From Paragordius varius (taxonomy: Eukaryota; Animalia; Nematomorpha): a stretch of 64,000 bases of DNA. The stretch covers positions 6,572,001 through 6,636,000 of the forward strand of contig OZ176050.1 in assembly GCA_964247055.1 (NCBI GenBank). Reading direction: 5' to 3'. Below the pieces are notes generated by a model. The model saw only the letters and a program-made list of their open reading frames with translations. It did no database searches and had not been told where the DNA came from. Positions 47,601-59,855 of the stretch are shown here, one piece after another (within the stretch, counting starts at the first letter, position 1; each line of letters begins with the position of its first letter). The translations under genes were made by a program, and so were the position numbers.

Positions 47601-50526
47601 TCGATAATCTACTTCTAAACTCCTGCTTAGTTACTATATTATATGTATATAAATATCCGATATTTTGGTCAAAAAATTTACATAAAATACGGAGTAAAAC
47701 ACTTTCACAAAGAAGAAAGTAAATATGGAGTAGCTCTTTGCTTAGTCTTGCATGCATTTATAACTAAATGTATGCGGGCAATTTAAAAAATGTTAAAACA
47801 AATCAATGTAAGCATAAGCGCTACTATTTAATATCCAAATTCATTCAACGTAGACTCAGGTACTACGGTCACATGCAAAGATTAGATAAAGATAATTGGA
47901 TAAAAATAAATTTCAAGCCAAACAAAAACAGAGTTTGTCATCCAGCAATAACATGGGACCATATTAACATTACCCAAGACGAGACCTATAAACTTAAAAC
48001 ATAAAAGCCGGTGATTGGAAAAACAAAAAATTCTTTAATAACATAGAACAATAGAGAAAAAAATATCACGACGAAAGATCAAGAAATTCCTTGACAACAG
48101 TAGTTTATCTATCTATCTATCTAGCACATCAGTTAAATACATTAAATAATTGATTTATTGCATTATGTAAAATCAACCATAAATAAAAATATTATTAGAT
48201 CAAATATAATAAATATTATAATTATTATATATATATATTTATTTATTTATTTATATATTTATATATTAACTTAGCAACAATCTAATAACTTGATAAAAAA
48301 TTTCAGTGTGTTTAAATATTAATATGTGGAAATAATTAGGTAACATAATATTTCTTTATTGATTTAAGAAAATTTAAATTTATACCATTTTTGTGCTGCA
48401 CGCTATGTTGGCTATTAGGATGTGAATCGAGGTGCATGGGTTCAAACGTTTCGTAATGAATTTTAAATGTTGCAGAGTTATTTGTTTGTTTGATTTGACT
48501 ATGACATATAACAAAAATTTTTATTTAAGATTAACTCAATATAAGACGCATATATATATATATCTTATTTATTGCACAATATAATAACTATCTATTTGGA
48601 TATGATTAAAATAAATACTGATTAATTTTGGAACAAAATGCAATAGAAAAAAATAAACAAGGCCTGTATGACATTTATATCCAATATTTAATGATCAAAA
48701 TGGCCTTAAATTAGCATAACGCTCCCAGAAAAAGATTAAAAAGGATATTAAAAATAATGAGTCGATCTAAAAAATGTAATTATAAATATTTTGCTAACAG
48801 CAAAAATTGGCTTTTAAATATTAACAAACGTATAAAAAAATATATATTAATAATATACCATTAATTCATACCATTGTAAAGTCCCGAATTCGTCTAACCT
48901 TTTACTCTTATAACTCACCAGATCCCATTTTAAAATGGCATAAAATTATTATAATTAAGTACCTTTGATTAGTTCCATTGTCGGCACTAATTGTTAAAGT
49001 ATGTGTTTCGTTATCGTTATAGCCTGTATTTTTAGTTTCATCATTAATATTATTATTTGCATTAATTTGCGAATCTTTTTGATTAATTTGATCGACGGCA
49101 TCTGATATCGTTTGTGCCTTATAATAATCAAGAGTTCCTTTAATCTCCCGTTCAAATTCCATATCACATTCTAGCCCCTCGGTAGGGGTTTCATTAGCCA
49201 ATATTGTTACCAGCTTAGAAGATAAAATAATTATCAAAAAAATATATTTTATGGAGTTAAAATATATTTGTTTTTAAAAATAAGTACTTGTCGGTTATTA
49301 TTCTCCATCAAGAAAGTTGAATTATTCACGTTGGTTGAGCTTTTTGTGAGATTGTTTTCATCTTGAACATTGAATTGTAAATTGGTGGTGACATGAGAAT
49401 TGTTTGCACCAGAAAACATAGTTTGGTCAACCAATGAGGCTAATGGCGTTAAATTGGCTGGACTGAGGACATCTAAAATGTAATATTTGTTTCGAAAGTT
49501 AGAGAACAGGACAAATAATTTAAAGAATCCTATAATATACTGATATCGTGGAGCACGAGTATGTGTAATCTTATATAATTTTTGGATAAATTTAAAAAAA
49601 AATTTGGTAAGTATAAGGCTTTAAATTTAAAGATCAATAGAAGTAGTAAACAAAATATTTATGTTTTTATTTTATAAAAGTAGTTTGGTTCATAGCCAAA
49701 TTTTCAAATCAAAATCTATTACAAACCAATCCGTCGCCCCCTATTTACATAGCCCGAAAAGATTATAGTACTGGTACAATGTATATTTCCATAATCTCAA
49801 AAAAAGTTTATTTTGACTTACTAGATCTATCATTAGAATCTGGATATTCATTGTTAAGAGTAGGAAAATTTTGGTCAATAATTTGATTGGTTAAATGCAT
49901 ATTCACATCATCGAACAGCGTGTTTGGTTTTGAGGTCGTTGAATCAATGGCATAATCCATTTTTTCAATTTGTTCTGTTTAAAAGACGATTTATAATAAT
50001 TAGTTTTAATTGATAACTGAAAAATGAGTTTGAGTATAAGTATTTCTGGTTTGTTACAAATCTGGTTGATGTATAGCTTTAAAACGACCAAATATAAAAA
50101 GAACTTAAGAAAAATTTCAAACTACCTTTTTTGGTTGCTGTACCCTTAACAATTTCATCAATGTGTGGGAGAGGAGCGACAATTGTATTATCGCCATCAT
50201 TTTCAGTACAAGACACAGAACCTTGAAAAGATGGTTCAAAAATTTTGATTGGTGAAGTAGGTGTAATAAAAGTGTTTGAAACAGTGTTATCCTTATTAGT
50301 CATCACAAAATTGTGTTGATGTTCAAATTCACTCGAACTGGCTGGAAAATGAATTTCTGTATTCTGTTGACTATAGAATATAAAAAGCATTTTAGGAAAC
50401 ACACAAATCATATATAAAAATTATGGTAATAAATACTTTGTGGTATTATTATTATTATTTTCATTTTGCACCATTGTGTTGGATTGAACGTCATTATTAT
50501 GATCCATTAGGGTTAAAACTTTGTCT

Positions 50527-50561
<35 letters not shown>

Positions 50562-53500
50562 TACTAGATTATTAAATTTTTACAAAAACATGCCAAATTT
50601 TAATAAATAAAAAGATTATGGTTCTAAAAATTTAACGATATATATATATATATATATAGAAAAATTCGGTCCAAAAGGCTCGGAATGTTATTTCGGGTAA
50701 GTTTGATTTAATATAAAACATAAATGAATAATATTGGCATTTAGGTATTCTTTTACTTTTATGTTCTTGCAATGTATGGGAATTCCGTTTATTAATTTAA
50801 AAATTACTGTAATAAAGCAGGGTATGTCCAGTTTTATGCAAAACAAAAAATTAAAATCAAAATAAGAATCTTTCCAACATATATTTCTTCCCCTAGTGTT
50901 CAATTATTTGGCATAAACAGTTAATGTTTCAAAAAATGATTATTCAAAATCATTTTTGAACAAAATATTAATTACATATATACCAATGTTTGAATCAGTT
51001 TGCGAGGGCATATGAGAATTATTTACAATTACATTATTATAGGCATTTGTAATGTGTGTTGTAGTTGATTTAGTTTTAGATTTAATTTTTGGGATAATTA
51101 TGTTAACATTTTCATCCTTTAACTTTTCCACCAAACTATTGACTGGATGCATGTGAAGAGATGGGAGAATGTAATAAGATTTTTCACACAATCGATAACG
51201 TTCAATGAAACTCAAATTGAGGGCAGACGCAGCGCTGGTATAGAATGATGATGAGGCATTGGTACAACCCTAGAATCAAAATATATATAGTATGTTTTGG
51301 TAAAAACGGAACGTATTCACACTCTTACACGCACAAATGTTGTTAATATAATAATATATTTAGACAGTATTTTAAACGTTACAAAATGGCGTCAAAATAT
51401 ATTTTTTGACAAAAAGTGAGAAGTAAACTTAGAAAAATAGTCCGTAAAAAAGAGATGTGATTGTATATTCAAATCTGATATTGTAAAAAGAAAACAACTT
51501 TATTGTATTGACAAAGATTATCCATATTAGGCTAAAAAGTGTGCATAATTAAATCAGGTATCTTCTTTAAGCGATTGTATATAAGATTTTACAACCTGTT
51601 TGATTATTTTTGTGACTAATTATGCAAAAAGTTAAATTCTACTTAACAATCATTGATACAAAACCACTAGTTTTTAGTGATTTTGTCATAGCAACTAATC
51701 TGAAACAACTAATAATTATTTAAAATTACATCATGATAGGAAATATCAATAATCATCCTGAAAATTAAAATACACATGAGTTTTTTTCAAAAAAATAACG
51801 CTTTAAAACCAATTTTTTCAAGTTTCTTGCACTTTTTTGTAAATCAGGAGTTATAGATTTCATGTTATATTCGTTTGAAATTGCATGACCAAAAAAAATT
51901 AAAAATAAAATAGAAAAATCTTAAATAAATAAAAAATGAAATAATTTAAAATAATTGAGCCACATATATTTTTCCCTCCCATTGTTTTCTATAATGATAC
52001 CTAATTTTCCACAATAATATAACCAATAGTATAAATCAATTGAATGGTAATAAAATAAATATAGATACTTTAATGTATTTTTGAGAAAAATGGAAATTTC
52101 CCTCTTCGTCAGAACTTTCATCGTTAGAAACAAGGACATGACCATCATAACCTCCAGGTCCATAGTATATATTATCGGCTATTACGCATATATACATATG
52201 GATATAAATATTTTATTATAAAAGTTAGGTATTTTATATAAAATATAAATTTTTACAATTGTTTTCAAGTTGATTGATTCCTTCTTGATTCGGATGATTG
52301 GGTAGTTCACTATAACAAAAATTATTATGTAAATTAAATAGTTTAGATATATCTGAACAATCATAAAAATAGAATAATTGAGGGATTCGATTCGCATCTA
52401 TAAATTTAACAATATTTTGACCTCAAGAGATATGAATAATGTTGATTATATTGATAATGGCTTTTAGGCCCAATATTTATTTTATTGAATTATAAATACC
52501 TTTCATATTCATCTTCACTAAAACTGGTACTTAACATGTCACAATTATCATCATTTCCACTCGTGGTTTGAATACTCTATGTTTTAAATAAAAAAATTAC
52601 TTTAAATATAGCAAAACATTAATAAATAAAATATTCCATAATATAATCAGCCTAACAATAATATTAGCTGTAAAAAATCAATTATTAAAATTCCCAAATC
52701 TTTGTACATTATAGAGTGTTTTTTGGCTTACTGCGCATATATATTTAGCGATAAATTTATATTTTTATTTTATTACGTTAGAGATTTAGAGTTAAAGGCA
52801 TAAAAAAGAAAAGATGGCCTAAAAAATAATTATTTATGATTAATTAATTACACTCTATATTTGTATCTAAATATAAATATTAAAGTTAGAACTTGGGCTC
52901 CCTATAAAAATTATGATAACAGCGTTTTTGGGATTTTATTTAAAAGTGAAAATTTATTGACGTTTGAAATTAAATTCTTCAGATATATATAAGTCTATTA
53001 AAAGTTTGTGTTTCATGTGCCGTGGCATAAATTCGGTATTAATCTTTAAAAAAATATAATTAATATTAAAATTTATGCATATTAATATATTTTGAATAGG
53101 CTGCAACGGAGAATTCAAATCAGTAAGTAAACTTAAAAAAGTGCATTTAAAAGTTTCAGATAATTATAACGTGGTTGTATTCAGAATTATAGAAAAGGTA
53201 TAACCTATGAATTTAAAAAAAATATTGAAAATAGTCCGATATTTCTAAATACACACAAATCAGACCTTTTAAATTATCCTATATAAAAATTTCCTAGATA
53301 ATAACGATAGCTATTTGGGATATTTCAATTTCCCCTTATTTTAAGGAACATATGCATATTAAGTAAAAATACTAATATTAATTTCTGTAAGCTTTAGTTA
53401 TCCTATAATTATAAATAAAATTTTAAATAGGATCATCACTAAACTTTTTGAGAATAATACCTGAGACACGGATATGTGTTGAGGATCATGATAATAGGAA

Positions 53501-55707
53501 GATATGTTAGCTGCATTGTAAGATGAGTAAGATGATTTGTAATATGGAACGTTTGTTTGGGTACTTGTGCTATATTAGTTAAAAATAAGACTGTCAAATA
53601 TTTTGATTGATAAAAAATAACAACATAATAATTCAAATAGCTGATTGAATTTTTTTTCTTAAAAGGAACAATTTAAAAAAGTTATTTTACTTTGATTTTA
53701 TTTTAGTAACTTCGGCTGGTTTTACACTGGTTATCTTTGGACCATTTTTCGAAGGAGATTTTTCTTTAGATTCATTATTAGCTATTTTCGATTTTGCCGG
53801 TGAATCTGTTGCAAGTTTTTCAGATTCAGCTGGTTTAATTTTCTCCCCATTGCCGCTCTCTGTATTCACAATGGCATTGGTATCAGTGGATATTATATCA
53901 TTTACATAGGCCGTATTGGTGTTATTGGCATTGAAAATGTTGACTTTGTTTGAATACTGTGAAGCATTAACACACCTTGGGATTTGTACTAGATAAGGTG
54001 CTCTCGAGTTAACATACGGTAACCATGCTTTGAGAGCCATTATAAGCGCATTCCTGGCATCATAATCTGTGTGTAAAGTGAGTTGTTCATTTCTCACCAC
54101 ATTGATTGTATCGGGACTAATATGTGAAAAAATATGAAATGTACACTAAACATTTTCATATCATCCGAACTTTTTGGATGAATGATCTTTTTTGTTATAG
54201 ATTTCAGGATATGTTTGAAGATATATAAAAAAATATAACACAGCATATTTTTAGGATAAGACATCTTACTGAATTTCAGTATTTATCATACACTTGAAAT
54301 AATAAGATAACAAAAATATCAATCATTCAGTTGATGTGAAGAGTTTTACCGAAATATATTATATCACAATGTAAATGTAATTTACCTTTTCTTCGCTTGA
54401 CTCCATTGGGCCAATGTATGGAGTGCCACAAAATTGGCCTCAAATTCGCAGTTGGGATTCGATAAAACACCATCCAAAGGCCCTCCACGTCCCTCAAAAA
54501 ATGATTTGTTGGTTTTTTCTTGTTCATCCGTAGGCGATGTTACCACACAAGTATTAATAATGTCCGGTTCCCGACCAGTAAATGGTCCCAGAAATATACG
54601 TTTTGGATCATAATCATTGGCATGTATGTTATCCCAAAGTATGAGTGGATGTCCTTGGTTAAAAACACCCTTGAGCTCATCTAAACCGGAACGGGTAACG
54701 CGCTTTGAAACGACACGAGGCCCTGTCCACATAACAGCAATGGCCGGATCCAAAATTCGAGATAGCGTCCGCAAATATTCGGAACCTTTGACGTTTGGTA
54801 CAGCGCGACACACACAGTATTCTACGATGGAAAATTTTTATTAACACTGGTGGAAAATAAAATGTTAATAAAGTTTCAAGTAAATCATAAATGAAGGGAC
54901 CTATAATAAAATAAAGAAAGACTTATACGGTCAAGAAATTATCAAATTTTTATTATATTAAGCCTTTCACGGTATTAAAGACGGAGGGTTGCCGCTAATG
55001 AGAAGGGTTAGGGTTAGCAAAAATATAAATTTTTACATAAACTATAATATAGATGTGTTAATAAAACGATTTAGCTATAAATGGTCAATGAATGTCATTA
55101 ATATACCTGTTGGACAAAACATAAACTTTGGTTTTCCCATATGAGAATAAATTTCATTAGTAATCATTGCTTGAGCTTGAGCAAACGATTTAAATTTTGC
55201 CTTATCAGCATCACATAATTCGGCATCGATATCATCAAATAGAAGCGCAAACGCTGTGCACCCAAAACCCGCTACCTAAATTTTCAAAAAGTAAGTTAGG
55301 ATAAACATACTTGATCCATTTTTTTCTGAATTGCATCTATATCTCTCTGTTTAGAGAACGTTATATTTAATCCAGGAGACAGTGCATAATAAAAATCAAT
55401 ATCATTTTCTTTGGCCATTTTGATCAACTTAGCAAGGCATTCTGGAGATTAAAAACCAATACCTCCTTCAGTTTCAGAATATAATTCACGCCAATATGTC
55501 CGATGTTTGGTATCGTCCTTAGGAGCATACATATAAGTGTTAAGTTGCAAACTTTTCATTCTAAAAATTATTAAATATATACAACCGTTTAAATAATTCT
55601 TTACGCTGGCCCACAGTCCATGGTCTTCCATAAAAACCTTATATAAATAAAATGCAAAAACCCTCAACGATCCCACACAAAAATGTTTTTTGTTGTGACG
55701 AATCCAT
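32604..55707 (-). CDS. OGA: O-GlcNAcase (GH84 catalytic domain, stalk, C-terminal HAT-like domain) with large low-complexity insertions
   Basis: N-terminal exons give [63 protein letters not shown] and [10 protein letters not shown]. The stalk gives [14 protein letters not shown] (about 46250-46320), [16 protein letters not shown] and [15 protein letters not shown] (about 35830-35885). The HAT-like domain gives LVGGFL, HYPSII...[15 protein letters not shown] and LILGRAFY* (stop 32604-32606). Linker exon boundaries are approximate. Confidence 0.95.
36097..36215 (+). ncRNA. 5'-truncated HDV-like ribozyme / RTE 5'UTR remnant in an OGA intron (antisense to OGA)
   Basis: TGCC ACC TCCCTGC GGT GTTGGCT GG G GCA CAAAAA TGC GCTAAC GGCA at 36106-36154, followed by AAAAATCGCCTCAATTAACCATGAAGTATAA, homologous to 39630-39672. 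The P1 5' strand is absent. Confidence 0.75.
38698..39059. mobile_element. Small TIR element in an OGA intron
   Basis: CAGTGGCGCTTGTT / AACAAGCGCCACTA inverted repeat; TSD not clear. Confidence 0.5.
39515..39581 (+). ncRNA. Complete HDV-like self-cleaving ribozyme at the RTE 5' end
   Basis: P1 GGCCAAC (39515-21) / GTTGGCC (39549-55); P2 TTGCC (39531-35) / GGCAA (39577-81); P3 ACC/GGT; L3 TCCCCGT; P1.1 GG (39556-57); P4 GCAT-GAAA-ATCC (1 mismatch); J4/2 GCCAAC with the predicted catalytic C at 39572. Confidence 0.9.
39933..40955 (-). mobile_element. Non-autonomous Helitron (1023 bp) inserted in the RTE endonuclease codons
   Basis: Removing 39933-40955 rejoins GAT ATA|TGT TGC ATC CAA GAG (NIDI/CCIQE) in frame at an A|T site with no TSD. 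Termini are 5'-TC and CTAG-3' on the minus strand, with the hairpin GCTGC-GTA-GCAGC near the CTAG end. There is an internal duplication of about 400 bp. Confidence 0.92.
47775..48125 (+). mobile_element. LINE (RTE-like) 3' fragment in an OGA intron
   Basis: Reads [21 protein letters not shown]; (TCTA)n tail at about 48107-48123. Confidence 0.7.
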
Positions 55708-56397
55708 TTCTCATGGATCAGATGTTTGAATTTTAAAGTATTACGAATGATATAATAACATATGATATCTTATTCAAACTGGTTAGTATAGGGCTATTAT
55801 AGATAGATAAAGGGCTCTATATTTAATGCACCTGTTTTAATTTTATGTTATAAATTTCTGACCTTTACATGGGAATAACACTTAATGTAGATCCAGGTTT
55901 TATATTTTAAAGCGATTTTGAATTCCGTTCGGACTAAATATAAAAAATGAAATCTTTTGACATTTAAGCGCATTATCAAAATAAAATCAACTCTTATTTT
56001 CCGCATATTTCATGGTTAATAATATTTTTTTAAGGAATTAATTGCTTTTTGACAGTGAAATGAGCTCGATGCTAGCAAAGTAATTTTTAATTTAATACAA
56101 TACAGGTTCACAACAAAATATCTGGAAATATATATATTCTGATCGGAAAATGTATCAGGATGATTATAGTGCTTTTGGTTTCAGTTCATACATTAAGTTA
56201 TTTGCACTTTTCTGGCATTGATATCAAAAATGACAAAATTTACGCACTCTTTTTAAATAATATTTGTTTTATGAAATAAATGCTTCTTTCTAAATAATTG
56301 AAATATATCATAACCTACATATAAAAACCGGAAAGTTTATACAAAATTTTAATTTTTAGATGGGTGCTCCGAGATTCCCAAATTTTTTCCCTCTTAA

Positions 56398-56899
56398 CAC
56401 TTGGATACAACATTTTCATTTCAGTCCTTCGATTAAGATTGGGGTCGTTGGGTACACCAGGCTTCTTTAAAATTAAATATTTCAAAAATATACAATAAAT
56501 TCAAACCATGGCAATTTTATATAACATCTATGAACAGAGATAAAAAAAAAATTATTCAAAAATACTTGATATTACTTTTTCAGAGGTAAAACTCAAAGGT
56601 AAAAATTTAGCCAACATGACATCATAAGATAAATATAAAAATTATGCAAAATATACCACTTTTCTGTTTATAAATGTTGAATGTGTTTTAATAACGATAT
56701 TATGCAAAAATGAATGTAAAATAAAAATGGAGTTAAAAAAGTTTGATACGGAGCTTTTTTTCTAAACTAAATAATATTTAGATATTTTGGCTTATTTTTA
56801 TAATTTTTTTAAGTGTATAATTATAAAAAAATTGGAACCTTTTCTTTTAGAATTTTTTAAAAACATCAAATTAAATATTGTCTGGGTTTATTCGAAGTG
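56398..56899. mobile_element. TTAA-target MITE copy upstream of OGA
   Basis: TTAA|CACTTGGATACAAC ... TTCGAAGTG; homologous to 57087-57665. Confidence 0.75.
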
Positions 56900-57086
56900 T
56901 TCAACGCAAAAATGCCTATATTGCTAAGGTGACCAGACGTCCCGCTTTTTCACACTTTGTCCCGCGTCCCGCTACGTTTTTAAAATGTCCCGCTTTTTCA
57001 CGATTATATAAAAAAAATTTTTAATACAAATAATTTTTTTTCATCCGTTTATCATTAAATATTTTTAAAATCTATATCAATTTTAA

Positions 57087-57665
57087 CACTTGGATACAGC
57101 ACATTCATTTTAGTCATTCGATTCAAATTGGGGTAGTTGGATACCCCAGGCCTGTTTAAAAATAAATTCTTTAAAAAATATGGAAGCAATCGAAACCATG
57201 GCAAAATTTTGCACTTATATAACATTATTAAACCGAAATATATAAAAAATTTATTCAAAAATACTTTATATTAATTTTTTTAAGCTAAAACCGAAAGGTA
57301 AAATATGGTTAACGTGACATATGTTCGATGGTAAAATTGAAAAATAATACAAAATAAACCTCTTTTTCTATTTCTATCAATGTTAGATATTGTTTAAATA
57401 AAAAATTAACTATAATTTTACTCTTAAAATTAAATGAAAACGATATTTTGCAAAAATTTTGTAAAATAAAAATGGCGTCCAAGTAGTTTGACATGGAACT
57501 TTTTTTCAAAACAAAATTTTATTTAGATATTTTGGCATATTTATATAATTTTTATTAAGATAGAAGCATAAATTTAAATTGGGACCGTTTCCTTCAGTAG
57601 TTTTTTAAAAATCCTAACTTAAGTTTAGTCTGGGGTATTTGGATACCCCAATTTGAATCGAAGTG
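57087..57665. mobile_element. TTAA-target MITE (579 bp) inserted in the Blackjack element
   Basis: TTAA|CACTTGGATAC ... GAATCGAAGTG|TTAA. Confidence 0.9.
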
Positions 57666-58013
57666 TTAAATTAAAATAAATATTTTTAATTTAAAAATAT
57701 TTATTTTTTTCGAATTTTTATCGTATGATTCCTACTACTACTGTCATCATTATCAAAAAGTCATGTTAATATACCACAAATGGTAGCTTAAAAGACAAAT
57801 TGATACCACAAATCGGTACCTTACACTTTTATTCCAGAAAATTAAGGTAATATATATTAGTTTTATTACTTGCCAAAATTATTAAAAAGCCAAATTAATA
57901 CCACAAATCGGTAGCTTAAAAGACAAATTTATACCACAAATTGATACCTTACACGTTTATTCCAGAAAATTAAGGTAATATAATATTTATTATACTAATA
58001 GTAGTTTATAAAT

Positions 58014-59855
58014 ATGAGCACAAAAAGAGGTTGTAAATTCAACTATGAATTAATGAAAGATTTTCCTTTTATTAAAAAAACGAAGAATGAATCATTTTTT
58101 AAATGTCTTATATGCGAGCGGGAATTCACCCTAGCACATGGCAGCAAGCATGTATTACAAAGCATATGGAAACACAGAAACATAAAAAATGTTTAGATAC
58201 GGCATCATCTTACAAAATGAGCGATTTTTTCTAAAAACCGCTTTTGGAAAGGAAGAAAAGAATTTGGCACTAGCTGAGGGCGTGTTATCTTTTCACGCCG
58301 TTAATTACAATCATTCTTTTAGATCTATGGACTGTACCTAACAGGTTATTCGCAGGCTATTCCATGAAAAATTTACATGTGCCCGTACAAAGGCTTAAGC
58401 CATTGTGTGCAATGTCCTTTCGCCACATGCATTTTCTGAAATACAAAAAGATTTGCTGAAAATTAATTTCTTATCACTATACTCTGATGCATCAAATTAC
58501 CATAAAACAAAATTATTTCTCACTTTAAGATATTTTGATTCAGAAACCGGAGTAAAAATTAAAATTTTAGATTTAATTTCTCTACCCGGTGAAAATTCCC
58601 AAATAATATTTACTTCAATAATACATATTCTAGAAAAAAATAATTTAAAACACAAAATTATCGCATATTGCGCTGACAACACCAATATAACTTTGGTGGA
58701 AAAGCAAGGAGGGGAACAAAAATATTTTTCATAAATTTACAGATAATCTTAATCAAAACATTATTGGCGTTGGGTGTGCAGCGCATATAATACACAACGC
58801 TATTCAAACAGCTGCTGATTTGTTACGCCTAGATGTGAAAAATGTAGTTGTTAAAATATATTCCTATTTTTATATATACACGGTACGTGTTGAAACGCTT
58901 AAAGAATTCTGTGAAAATGCAGAAGTTCAATATCAAAAAATGCTTGGATATTGTAAAACTCGTTGGTTACCTTTTTTGCCAGCTATCGAAAGAATTTTAA
59001 AAATTTATGATCCTTTAAAATCTTTTTTTATCACAGGACAAATGTCCTACAACTTAAAAAAGTTTTTTGAAAGTGATTCTTCAAAACAATGGTTAGAATT
59101 TTACATAATCAAGCTTCGCTCTTTCAAAATGTTATTAAATTTATAGAAGGTGACAAAATTTCGGCAATCGAAGTAGCCAATGAAGTTAGTAACCTAAAAT
59201 TCCAGTGTCAAAAACGGTTAGAAAATAATTTTATACCATTAACCATAGGTAATATAATAAATAATTTAAAACAAGGCTTAATATATCGCCAAGATATCCT
59301 GTACCATATAAAAATGTTTTATACCTGTAAAGATTATTTGGAAAACTAGACGACGCAATTCAATGAAATTGATCATTTTCATTGGATAACATTAAAATCA
59401 GAATCTAATTGGTGCGATGTTCAAAATTCATTTAATTATATCTGCTCCCAAAAAATCTCAAAAAGTAATCTTTCAGAAAATGATCTTTTTTCTGAAGTAT
59501 CATCAGTTAAAAGATATATTAATAATGAAAAACTTAAATTATGGACAAAAAAATATACAGTAGAAAAGAAATGGTTGGAAAAATTTCATTATTTTGAAGC
59601 CAACTATATTAGATACAAAAAATTGTGAAATTCGCACTATCTTTACCTGGAACCAACGCTGCTACTGAGCGCGTTTTTTCCACAGTAAATCAGGTGTGGA
59701 CATCGGAAAAATCAAATTTAATTGAAACTTTAAAGGCCGTTTTATCTGTCAAATATAATTTGACAAATTCTTGTGAAGACTTTTACAATATTTTAAAAAA
59801 TGAGGACAATTTGCTAAAACGCATTCACTCAAACAAAAAATATAACAATGAATAA
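58014..59855 (+). pseudogene. hAT transposase pseudogene
   Basis: Pieces include FKCLICEREF...H (BED-like finger), LYSDASN, YCADNTN, GVGCAAHIIHN, CKTRWL and LSLPGTNAATERVFS (dimerisation motif), broken by multiple frameshifts and stops. Confidence 0.9.
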
